13,875 bases of DNA from an uncultured Gammaproteobacteria bacterium (GTDB taxonomy: Bacteria; Patescibacteriota; Microgenomatia; Daviesbacterales; UBA10151): assembly GCA_964522265.1 (NCBI GenBank), contig CAZFVS010000017.1, positions 1 through 13,875 on the forward strand, written 5' to 3'. The notes under the pieces were generated by a model. That model was not told the DNA's origin, did no database searches, and saw only the letters and a list, made by a program, of their open reading frames with translations. Shown here piece after piece: positions 1-7,975 of this stretch (position 1 is the stretch's first letter; each line of letters begins with the position of its first letter). The position numbers and the translations under genes were made by a program.

Positions 1-852
1 TACAAAAAACAACGTCACAAAAAAATCACGCAGAGGTCTAATCTTGCATTGTAACTGCAGGAGATACGGCGACGACGCCAACCCTATCCCCGCGAGAAAC
101 GCTCCGATCACTACCGAAAAACCGCTTAGTGTTGCTATTGTGGTAAATAAGAAACACCAGGTTATCGCTGTTAAAAAAAGCAGTTCAGTATTTTTTGCAA
201 CAGCATCAAAAATCTTTTCCAACACATATTTTGAAAGTACAAATGTTAAAAAGAAAAGCAGCAATGCTTTGAAAACGAGGATCAAAAGCGGCAGTGATTG
301 TTGAAGACCCAGGTGTAAAAATGAGCTGCTGACCGATATCCCCATTAGAACCAATATCGCAACCAAGTCTTCCAAGAGGAGGATACCCAGTGAAAGCTTG
401 CCGTATAAAGAGGTAAGATCCCGCTTCTCAAGAAGCAATTTGATCACTACCAAGGTCGACGAAAAAGCCAAACCTATGCCTAAATAGAAACTTTCAATCT
501 GGTTGAAACCTAAATAGCCAGCTATGGCGTATCCTGCTAGCGTAGAGATAATGGTCTGGCCCAAAGATGTCATGATAATCGGTTTTCCAAGGCTTCTTAT
601 CTCCCGCAGATCTAGTTCCATACCTATCAAAAACAATACAAAAGCTATGCCAAGTTCCGGCAAAAAATTAAATATCCAAAGACTGTGAAAATCTATCGGG
701 CTGTTTTGGAACACCAACAGCGCTAAACCAGACAATGTAACACCTGAGACCAGATAAGCTATGACCAAAGGCAACCTCAGCCTGTACATAACAAAACCGA
801 AAAATGAAGCCAGTGATAGGACTAACGCAAATTGCAAAAAGATATTTTCCAT
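1..852 (-). CDS. Cation:proton antiporter, CPA2 (Kef/NapA-like) family; N-terminal 284 codons, 3' end beyond the left window edge
   Basis: Absent from the ORF track because it runs off the edge. My manual reverse-complement translation from ATG 852..850 gives 284 stop-free codons down to position 1. Sequence: MENIFLQFALVLSLASFFGFVMYRLRLPLVIAYLVSGVTLSG...PELGIAFVLFLIGMELDLREI...GLAFSSTLVVIKLLLEKRDL...LGILLLEDLVAI...GAFLAGIGLASSPY...PLRDFFVTLFFV. It is multi-TM, and these motifs are typical of Kef-type Na+/K+:H+ antiporters. The ATG shares one nt with the upstream stop (TAATG). Confidence 0.8.
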   Translation of the reverse strand, partial: MENIFLQFALVLSLASFFGFVMYRLRLPLVIAYLVSGVTLSGLALLVFQNSPIDFHSLWIFNFLPELGIAFVLFLIGMELDLREIRSLGKPIIMTSLGQTIISTLAGYAIAGYLGFNQIESFYLGIGLAFSSTLVVIKLLLEKRDLTSLYGKLSLGILLLEDLVAILVLMGISVSSSFLHLGLQQSLPLLILVFKALLLFFLTFVLSKYVLEKIFDAVAKNTELLFLTAITWCFLFTTIATLSGFSVVIGAFLAGIGLASSPYLLQLQCKIRPLRDFFVTLFFV

Positions 853-1637
853 TAAGAATTTATAATGTGTAACTTATCCAACGCTTCTTGTAAATCATGA
901 GGCAAATTACTTTTAAATTCAATCCATTTATCACTTACGGGATGCCTAAAACCTATTTTGCCGGCATGTAAAAATAGTCTCGGGCACCATCTTTTGTCTA
1001 ACCTGACAGTTTTTCTGCCGCCATACTTTTCATCCGAAACAACCGGATGCCCAATATACTTTAAATGTACCCTAATGTGATGCGTCCGTCCAGTTTTGGG
1101 ATAACACTTTAACAAAGTAAACTGGTTATAATGCATTTTATCCAGTTTCCTAGCTTGAATGTTGTTTAAATCATTAAAAATTGATTGAAAATTGAAAATT
1201 GAAAATTGAAAATTGCCCGCAGGTTTATATTCTGTCTCAGCTTCCTTACCTGTTGTTGAAACCTCAAATTTTTCCCTTTTTACAGGGTTTCTTTCTATGG
1301 CGCCTACAACCACTCCATTCCCCTCCACAAAACCATGAACAAGTGCTAAATATTCTTTTTTCACTATCCTATCTTTAAATTGGGACTGCAATTGTTCCAA
1401 AATATCTTGGGTTTTAGCAACCAGTAAAAGTCCTGAAGTATCCTTATCCAATCTATGTACTATCCCCATCCTCTCCAGTTTTGCCCCACTATGATACTCT
1501 AGAGTCTCATAGTGCTCCTTTAACCAACTTACCAAAGTCAAACCCTTATTTGTTGATGATTCATCAACTACCAGTCCAGGGGGCTTTTCAACCACCATCA
1601 GATATTCATCTTCAAAGATTATTGGGATTTTCACCAT
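852..1637 (-). CDS. RluA-family 23S/tRNA pseudouridine synthase (no N-terminal S4 domain)
   Basis: 261 aa ORF. Catalytic-Asp motif HRLDKDTSGLLLVAK, C-terminal motif KTGRTHHIRVHL, and N-terminus IIFEDEYLMVVEKPPGLVV. It carries a roughly 30-aa low-complexity insertion (AGNFQFSIFNFQSIFNDLNNIQARKLDKMHYNQ) between conserved blocks. Confidence 0.88.
   Translation of the reverse strand: MVKIPIIFEDEYLMVVEKPPGLVVDESSTNKGLTLVSWLKEHYETLEYHSGAKLERMGIVHRLDKDTSGLLLVAKTQDILEQLQSQFKDRIVKKEYLALVHGFVEGNGVVVGAIERNPVKREKFEVSTTGKEAETEYKPAGNFQFSIFNFQSIFNDLNNIQARKLDKMHYNQFTLLKCYPKTGRTHHIRVHLKYIGHPVVSDEKYGGRKTVRLDKRWCPRLFLHAGKIGFRHPVSDKWIEFKSNLPHDLQEALDKLHIINS
1185..1215. repeat. Heptanucleotide tandem repeat TTGAAAA x4 plus a partial copy (AATTTTC on the coding strand), inside the pseudouridine synthase CDS
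   Basis: Read directly: ttgaaaa at 1185-1191, 1192-1198, 1199-1205 and 1206-1212, then ttg at 1213-1215. It translates as NFQFSIFNFQS in the annotated frame. Confidence 0.95.
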
Positions 1638-1673
1638 GGGTTTATTGTACCTTCACAATATCACGAATGGAAA

Positions 1674-2075
1674 CTATTTTTTGGTAGCTTGCAGGTAGTT
1701 GTTGATTTCAGTTAAAACCTGGTCGGGGTTTAAGGCAGATTTAATCATGTAACCTGTACTCCCCAGCTCAAAGCACTGTTTTATTACAGCATCCTGACCT
1801 AAATTTGTTAAAACAACTATCGGACCGTTGGGATTTTTCGGGGGGTTGGTCTTATTATCCCTCAAAATCTGTAATCCGTCTTTTTTGGGCAGCATAATAT
1901 CCAGAATAATTAAAGCATACCCTCCTTCATATATTTTATTGGAAGCAGTTTCTCCATCGGCTGCTACATCTACCAAAAAACCGTCTGTCTGCAAAAGCTC
2001 CTGATAAAACTCTCTCAGGAACTGATCGTCTTCTACAATAAGGATTTTTTTATTAGGGTTTTGGTTGCTATCCAT
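1674..2075 (-). CDS. Single-domain (CheY-like) response regulator, receiver domain only
   Basis: 133 aa. Acidic pocket in ILIVEDDQ, phospho-acceptor Asp in LIILDIMLPKKDG, conserved Thr in VVLTNLG and Lys in GYMIKS. There is no DNA-binding or other output domain. Confidence 0.9.
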   Translation of the reverse strand: MDSNQNPNKKILIVEDDQFLREFYQELLQTDGFLVDVAADGETASNKIYEGGYALIILDIMLPKKDGLQILRDNKTNPPKNPNGPIVVLTNLGQDAVIKQCFELGSTGYMIKSALNPDQVLTEINNYLQATKK

Positions 2076-2081
2076 ATTTTA

Positions 2082-2110
2082 TTTATAACACAAGAGATTG
2101 ATTATTGCAA
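2082..2110 (-). promoter_or_regulatory. Candidate sigma70-type promoter for the response regulator gene (TTGCAA-17 nt-TATAAA, 6 nt before the ATG)
   Basis: Minus strand: TTGCAA 2110..2105, 17-nt spacer, TATAAA 2087..2082, then 6 nt to ATG 2075. No SD is visible. Chance matches are common in AT-rich DNA. Confidence 0.25.
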
Positions 2111-2127
2111 AACCGTGGAAGCTTTTT

Positions 2128-4347
2128 TCAAGGCATTACAGGCTCAAGCAGCTTAACTTCTCCTTTAACTTGCTTGGTATAAACCTCCGGATGAGCCAAT
2201 GTCTGGTTGGTGGCTGCAGGCAGGAGAAAAGTAAAAGTAGCTCCCTTACCTACACCCTCTGATTTGACCCAAATTCTTCCGCCCATCAGCTCAACCAGAC
2301 TTTTGCAGATGTAAAGACCCAAACCGGTTCCACCGGAAACAGCAGCTGCTGTATAGGAATTATCTAAACGGCCAAATTTCTTAAATAATGCCTGCTGTTC
2401 ATCAGCAGCAATACCCACACCGTTGTCTTTGATAGAAGTTTCAACTGTATTTCCATCAGAGAAGAAAGATACTGTAATCAACCCTCCTTCCGGGGTAAAT
2501 TTGACTGCATTTCCTACCAGGTTGAGCAACACTTGGTGGACTTTGTCGGGGTCGGAAAAAACTTTCGGGATTTTTGCATATTCAACCTTTAAGTTCAGAT
2601 TTTTCTCTTTAGCTTTGAGTCCGACCTCTAAGAAGACATCAGAAGAAAGAGCTGCAATATCGAAAATTCGAGGCACGATTTCTATCTTGCCAGATTCAAT
2701 CCGTGAGATGTTGAGCATATCATTCACCAGGTTTATGAGCCTCTCTGTTGAAAGAAACATTCGCTCTAAATACCTCTTCAGTTTATCAGAAAGAGGAATA
2801 TCAGACCTGTTTAAGGCCATCCATGCATAGGAGCGGATTACTGTCATCGGGGTTCTCAGCTCATGAGATGCAATTGATACAAAATCGTCTTTCAGCTGGT
2901 CCAGTTGTTGCAATTTGGCATTAACAACCCTCAAGTCTTGAGTAGCCTGAGTAATCTTACCCTGCAGTGTAATATTAAACTTTCTGATCTCCTCATAGTT
3001 TGTGGCATTTTGTATCGCCACGGCAACCTCAGGGGCAATAATCTCAAGCACTTTGATATCCTCAGGAGTATAGGGATCACCTGAAAGCTTCTCCCCTAAA
3101 ACTAAAAGGCCGATATTATTGCTTTCGCTGTATAGGGATTTTGCAACCGTCAGATCCAAAGACCTCAGGATCTCTTTATAATTTTCATTTTCGGGCAATT
3201 CTTCCAAAATAATTGTTTGTTTGGCCGCAGCCAAAGAAGCTATCTTATCTTCATCCAACTCAGGCAGTTTAGAAAACCCTTCGGAGGCAACCTGATAAAT
3301 ATACCCCTTTTCCGTTAAAATCAGCGCTACCCGGGAAATTTTCATCTGTTTGAGCAATTTTTGCAAGATCTGATGCATCAGATCTTCAAGCCTTAAGGTC
3401 GAAGACATGATCAATGCCAATTCATAGAGAAGTTTATTGGTATCATAATGATTTTTATAAAGGAACCGATCAGTGAGTTTTTCAAGGATTTTGCGGATGG
3501 GCTGGAAAGAGAAAGTCATGGAAAGTGCCAGCACCGCTGAAACTACAATAGTTTTGATAGCGACTATTGTGATACCCAGAAAGAGTGTTGACAACAGAGC
3601 AAATAAAACAGCGTAGGCAATCCCGAAGAATGCTATAAGCAGTATAAAAGATACTGTACGTGCTAAAACCAGACGTATATCAAGCAGCCTGTGCTTTAAG
3701 ATTGAATAAGCTATGGCAACCGCTGCGATCAGTAAAAAAGTCGGACTGACGGCGATAAACAGAGTAATACCGAATACAAGCGGTAAAATCAGGGTTGATA
3801 AAAGCGTCAGGCCGAAACTCGTTACTATACCAAAGGCTATGTATCTTAACTGCAGTTTCAAAAAACCAGTGGCTTTTCTGTATTTTTGGAACAAAACCCA
3901 TGATCCGGAAGAAATTGTTAAAATCTGCAGCATGGCGAAAAGCGGAACTGCAATTCCTGTTTGAATGTCCGGTTGACCATTCACAATTATCACATTGCTA
4001 AAAATAAACCCCAAAAATCCTAAAATTATATTTATCATCACCCAAACAGTGAGTAACAGGTGAATCGGCATACTTACAGTTGTTTTTACCTGGGGAAAAG
4101 TTTTGACAAATAGAAAAAATAACGGTCCAACCGGCACTGCAGAAAAAATAATAAATTTTGCCCAAAAAAGTGCATCCTGACTTGAGGTTGAATGAAGAGC
4201 CAAATAGTTAAAAATCGGGTAAAGACCGATGAAAAATATCAGTAGTGAAAAATAGATGTTAGTAGCACTTCTGGGATTTTTAGCAAAGACAAAAAGTACC
4301 AAAATAAAACAAGCTAGAGTGGTAACAAGAGAGACAGGCAGGTCCAT
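2128..4347 (-). CDS. Sensor histidine kinase: about 9 N-terminal TM helices (7TM-type sensor, no large periplasmic domain), GAF-like domain, HisKA, HATPase_c
   Basis: 739 aa. The first roughly 280 aa are almost entirely hydrophobic helices. A GAF-like region spans about aa 300-455 (LEDLMHQILQKLLKQMKISRVALIL...IGLLVLGEK...EDIKVLEIIAPEVAVAIQNA). H-box SIASHELRTPMT, N-box LLNLVGNAVKFTPEGG, G1 DNGVGI, G2 GGTGLGLYICKSLVELMGG. Confidence 0.92.
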   Translation of the reverse strand: MDLPVSLVTTLACFILVLFVFAKNPRSATNIYFSLLIFFIGLYPIFNYLALHSTSSQDALFWAKFIIFSAVPVGPLFFLFVKTFPQVKTTVSMPIHLLLTVWVMINIILGFLGFIFSNVIIVNGQPDIQTGIAVPLFAMLQILTISSGSWVLFQKYRKATGFLKLQLRYIAFGIVTSFGLTLLSTLILPLVFGITLFIAVSPTFLLIAAVAIAYSILKHRLLDIRLVLARTVSFILLIAFFGIAYAVLFALLSTLFLGITIVAIKTIVVSAVLALSMTFSFQPIRKILEKLTDRFLYKNHYDTNKLLYELALIMSSTLRLEDLMHQILQKLLKQMKISRVALILTEKGYIYQVASEGFSKLPELDEDKIASLAAAKQTIILEELPENENYKEILRSLDLTVAKSLYSESNNIGLLVLGEKLSGDPYTPEDIKVLEIIAPEVAVAIQNATNYEEIRKFNITLQGKITQATQDLRVVNAKLQQLDQLKDDFVSIASHELRTPMTVIRSYAWMALNRSDIPLSDKLKRYLERMFLSTERLINLVNDMLNISRIESGKIEIVPRIFDIAALSSDVFLEVGLKAKEKNLNLKVEYAKIPKVFSDPDKVHQVLLNLVGNAVKFTPEGGLITVSFFSDGNTVETSIKDNGVGIAADEQQALFKKFGRLDNSYTAAAVSGGTGLGLYICKSLVELMGGRIWVKSEGVGKGATFTFLLPAATNQTLAHPEVYTKQVKGEVKLLEPVMP

Positions 4348-4351
4348 AATA

Positions 4352-5377
4352 CTATACTAGCGCTTTTTCCAGATTCCTTCTAGGGGTATGATACGGAACA
4401 TTTGAGGAAAATCCGAGGCGGAAAAACATTTGAGGTATCCGGGGGACATTAAAAATTTCACCAAGCGCTTTCTTGGAAAATTTATCCTCTGTCATCGCTG
4501 CCATTACAGTGGTAGAAAGCCCTAAAACTGTCGCCTGCAAAGCAAGCTTTTCATAAGTCATGCCTGAGTATATCCAATCCCGCATATGATCATCAGGGCT
4601 TGCAATAATCCCAACGGCACTGCTGCTTTGGATCAACCGGCGATCTTTTTTGGCAAGCAGTTTCATAATTTGGGGAAAACGCCCAATCACATGCTTACCG
4701 ATCATTGCCGGGATACCTGTCTGCCCTACTACAAAAGCAGGCATACCATCATCCGCTTTCGTGTTATTGGTCCTCATCCAGTGCGAAAGCTCCACTGTAA
4801 AATCCTTTTTTTGGGCATATTCCGCGACAGCCTCTTGATGGATTTGAGAAACTCTATTGATAATTTCATCATCAGTGGTCAAAACTACTTTTGTATTGTC
4901 TGCAGAGATCTCACGCAAACATCTAAGTTGATCCGGATCAATTAATTTCTTTGAATAAACCAGTTTATTGGAATATCTTTGGGAAAGGGCTGGAAAAAGT
5001 TCTGCAAGACTCCGGTTACTGGTGCCGGTTTTTTTAAAAACCAATTGAATGCTTGATTCTTGTTTTGTGACTATTTCTATTTTTGGGAAGACAGTATATC
5101 CAAACTTTGCTGCGGCAATAATAGTATTTTGAGCCAGACATCCGAGAGAGAAAAAAAGGTTGGAGTCATCAGGATCAGCTTGCGGAAGTCTCCTGCTCCA
5201 ATCAGGTAATATGAGCGCAGTATTATTTGCGATTTTAATTTTCCAAGGTTGAGTATTATGAGTAGACGGAGCTAAAATCCCGAATCTCAAAAAAAATTTA
5301 ATCTCCTCTGCTATATCTCCGTTTTTAGGAAAATCCCTCTCTGAGATTTCCCAAGCACTGTAATTGTTTTCAACCAT
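4352..5377 (-). CDS. Nitroreductase-fold protein, double-domain Acg-like type (probable FMN-binding oxidoreductase)
   Basis: 341 aa, about twice the length of a classical nitroreductase. The N-terminal motif APSTHNTQPWKIKI resembles the (S/T)HN(S/T)QPW motif of Acg/Rv2032-type and Rv1355c C-terminal domains. AAGGA SD at 5389..5385, 7 nt before the ATG. The start overlaps the upstream gene by 8 nt. Confidence 0.65.
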   Translation of the reverse strand: MVENNYSAWEISERDFPKNGDIAEEIKFFLRFGILAPSTHNTQPWKIKIANNTALILPDWSRRLPQADPDDSNLFFSLGCLAQNTIIAAAKFGYTVFPKIEIVTKQESSIQLVFKKTGTSNRSLAELFPALSQRYSNKLVYSKKLIDPDQLRCLREISADNTKVVLTTDDEIINRVSQIHQEAVAEYAQKKDFTVELSHWMRTNNTKADDGMPAFVVGQTGIPAMIGKHVIGRFPQIMKLLAKKDRRLIQSSSAVGIIASPDDHMRDWIYSGMTYEKLALQATVLGLSTTVMAAMTEDKFSKKALGEIFNVPRIPQMFFRLGFSSNVPYHTPRRNLEKALV

Positions 5378-6500
5378 TGAGTAATCCTTTCGTTATTTTT
5401 ATAACCTCTTTTCTCTTTTCGTCATTATAGTCTAAATTAAAGAGTTTATCAAAAGAGATAAAATGTCTGCCTGAAGGAAGATCCTCACCCAATAACAATT
5501 TCCTCACCAAATATGCGGCGATTCCGCTTGAGGCAGTGACTGTATTACCAAGCTGAGGCCTGCCAACCAAAGTCTTATTAATTTTCAAAAGCGACTGCAG
5601 CGCCCTGGTAGGAATATTTTCCATACCAACTATTTCAATGGCATATTTTATTTTCTCCTTCTCCCCAATGGGCTTTGATAAAATCTCCTCAGGGATTCCG
5701 CCCAAAAGTCCATTAAAAAGCTCAATATTTTTATCAATATCATATCTTTCAATATCAACTAAAAACCCATCTCCTAAGTTAGTCACCATTAAAACTGGGA
5801 TGCCTCTTTTTTTGGCCTCCATCCTGAGCCTTATTTTCATCTCAAAATCATCAATCTCATCAAATAAAATTTCGGGGTTTTGTCGAGATAAAAAATTTTG
5901 CAGATTATTTTTGTTTAAACCTTTATCAAAAACAATTAAATTAGCATAAGGGTTTGCTTCATAAATTTGACGGGATACCAAAGATGATTTACTTTCCCCA
6001 ATTTGGTGCACCCCGGCCCGAACTCTGTTTAAATTGCTGGTAGATAAATTATCAAAATCTGTCAGTTTCAGTTGCCCAATCCCGCTGTATGCTAAACTTA
6101 CTGCAATACTGCCTCCAACCGACAATCCACAAACAGCCACACAGCTTTTTAAAAGTTTCTTTTGTTCATCCTCAGTGATTAAATCCTGGTTTCTGTTGGT
6201 ACGGAGCTTTTGAAAATCTTTCTCAGAAACCATATGGATCAAACAGCCATTCCAGGGAAAATAAACCCAATTTCCTTTTAAGTCTCCGTCATATTTTTCT
6301 AAAAACTTAGCAAATTTGGTTTTATAATCAGGTGAAAATTTCAGGGCTGGGAATTTTATCTCAAACAACTCCACAAGCTGACTCTTATAAATATCAACAA
6401 CTTTCCAAATCTTTTTCCCTGTCTTAAACTTTTCAAGATTTTCCCTGGTATAACCCTCTATTAAAATCTCCGGTTTTGGAATACTCATTTCTGCACCCAT
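5370..6500 (-). CDS. E1-like ThiF/MoeB-superfamily adenylyltransferase with a roughly 115-aa N-terminal extension; no catalytic Cys and no CxxC zinc motifs
   Basis: 376 aa. Rossmann/ATP motif VAVCGLSVGGSIAVSLAYSGIGQLKLTDFDNLSTSNLNRV, later Lys in GESKS and acidic motif FDEIDDFEMK (equivalent to the MoeB DxxDN region). The only two Cys residues lie in SCVAVCGLS. GGAGG at 6514..6510 sits 9 nt upstream of ATG 6500. An alternative ATG at 6488 would form an ATGA overlap with the upstream stop. Confidence 0.8.
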   Translation of the reverse strand: MGAEMSIPKPEILIEGYTRENLEKFKTGKKIWKVVDIYKSQLVELFEIKFPALKFSPDYKTKFAKFLEKYDGDLKGNWVYFPWNGCLIHMVSEKDFQKLRTNRNQDLITEDEQKKLLKSCVAVCGLSVGGSIAVSLAYSGIGQLKLTDFDNLSTSNLNRVRAGVHQIGESKSSLVSRQIYEANPYANLIVFDKGLNKNNLQNFLSRQNPEILFDEIDDFEMKIRLRMEAKKRGIPVLMVTNLGDGFLVDIERYDIDKNIELFNGLLGGIPEEILSKPIGEKEKIKYAIEIVGMENIPTRALQSLLKINKTLVGRPQLGNTVTASSGIAAYLVRKLLLGEDLPSGRHFISFDKLFNLDYNDEKRKEVIKITKGLLNG

Positions 6501-7975
6501 TGTTGTTTACCTCCGGGCCTAAAATATTTTGGGTTTTCATAGTCCCAAAAAATTACTTTAGGGATAACTTTCTTTGGGTACTCCTCGTATGTCTTTCTGT
6601 ATTCTGAATTTTCCTCTAAAAGTTTTTTTTGAATAGTATTCCTAACCTGTTTTTTTAACTCTTTACCTTCTTTAATTTTTTCTTTGAGTTCAACATTTAT
6701 TTCAAAAATTTGCCCTCCTTTTTTATTATATTTAATTAGCATGGTAAATTTGCCTGTAATTTGATCTTTCAAGCTTCCTGCCTGCAAGGCTTTCCTGACA
6801 GTCTCGGGATAAATCTGGAAGGCAAAAAAACTGACTGAAAAATCACTCCGTTCGTAAACATAGACAAAAGGCGCTTTAAAAACTGTATCTGAAATACCAG
6901 CTTTATCTACCTGATCATCAATATCAACACCGCTCCTGAGCAGTTTTTCCATCATCTCACTGTATCCTATTACCCCGCCATGGTCTTTTAAATCATAGCG
7001 TATTAGCGGATAACCGCTTTCTGCAGAACAGATTAAATTTCCATCAATACTTTCAAAATAAAAAAGTTCCGGGATGTACTGGCAAAGGGTTGGAAGCCTA
7101 TCAATATTGCCAAATATCTCTTTAAATAAGTTGGGGTTTTTAACAGCCAATCTTCTGATTAAAACAGACAGCGGTGTTTCATGGGCCATTGTCCCAAGGT
7201 CAACTGTTCCATAAATATTTAAAGTATCTTTATAGGGGTTTTTTAAACCGGCTTTTTCTATAACATAATCCCTGAACTGCTCACTAAAACCTTCTGCCGC
7301 AAAAACAAACTTTAAATTATAATCCTGCCAATTCACACCAAATTTTGGGCCATCATCCAATGCATCTTTTAAAAACGGACCGTAAGAACCAATTATTACC
7401 TGGTCAAATTCATGGCCTAAATTTTTTAAGGCTTTACTTATTTCTGCTTTACTGATACCCGGAGTAATAATACTCAATTTATACTTCCCTAAATTTTGGA
7501 TCATTTTAAGCGCCTGATAGGTAAAAAGGCCGCCAATCCATACCCCCATGGGAAATCCCACTATAAACAGCGTACTCTTTTCATCAATCCCGAAGTTCGT
7601 TGTTAGCATTAACTCCAAAGCTAGAGCATACTGCAGATCCTGTGAATTGTCCCTTGGAAAGTAAAACGGCTCACCGGTTGACCCCGAAGTTGTTGATATA
7701 ACCCAATTTTTGCCTGCAAATTCCCCATCCCAGCACAAAGATCTCCTTGGATAAACCCTCAGATAGTTAGCTTTACCAATTGTAGGTATTGACTTAAAAT
7801 CATTAATTGTTTTTATGGCAATAGGGTCGATTTTGTTTTTTTTCAGAAAGTCCTTGTAGGCAGGAACATTCCTGGACATTTTTTTGAAAAGATCAAGCAC
7901 GACACGATCGCCTCTTTTGGTCCAATATTCTTCAGGTTTGCTTTTGAGCTGATTTAATGAATCTACAGTGCTCAT
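6485..7975 (-). CDS. PaaK / coenzyme F390 synthetase-like adenylate-forming enzyme (phenylacetate-CoA ligase family)
   Basis: 496 aa. Phosphate-binding loop TTSGSTGEPFYFP, second core motif NIYGTVDLGTMAHE, and the hinge-like motif LIRYDLKDHG resembling RYRTGD of PaaK. It is longer than canonical PaaK. ATGA start/stop overlap with the upstream dehydrogenase. Confidence 0.75.
   Translation of the reverse strand: MSTVDSLNQLKSKPEEYWTKRGDRVVLDLFKKMSRNVPAYKDFLKKNKIDPIAIKTINDFKSIPTIGKANYLRVYPRRSLCWDGEFAGKNWVISTTSGSTGEPFYFPRDNSQDLQYALALELMLTTNFGIDEKSTLFIVGFPMGVWIGGLFTYQALKMIQNLGKYKLSIITPGISKAEISKALKNLGHEFDQVIIGSYGPFLKDALDDGPKFGVNWQDYNLKFVFAAEGFSEQFRDYVIEKAGLKNPYKDTLNIYGTVDLGTMAHETPLSVLIRRLAVKNPNLFKEIFGNIDRLPTLCQYIPELFYFESIDGNLICSAESGYPLIRYDLKDHGGVIGYSEMMEKLLRSGVDIDDQVDKAGISDTVFKAPFVYVYERSDFSVSFFAFQIYPETVRKALQAGSLKDQITGKFTMLIKYNKKGGQIFEINVELKEKIKEGKELKKQVRNTIQKKLLEENSEYRKTYEEYPKKVIPKVIFWDYENPKYFRPGGKQQWVQK

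Noticed and set aside
44-304. 86-aa plus-strand ORF from the track (TTG start).
   Set aside because: It lies entirely antisense to the 284-codon antiporter reading frame, which has strong family motifs. It has no recognisable motifs, RBS or promoter.
2423-4001. Several 68-135 aa ORFs on both strands inside the histidine kinase gene (2423..2830, 3680..3901, 3713..3964, 3795..4001). Similar nested ORFs occur at 4586..4945, 5638..5949, 9062..9479, 9798..10013, 11203..11397, 12000..12185, 12720..12955 and 13264..13599.
   Set aside because: All are embedded in or antisense to longer ORFs with clear family signatures. Their translations are low-complexity or Ser/Leu/Phe-rich, as expected from shadow frames of AT-rich genes.
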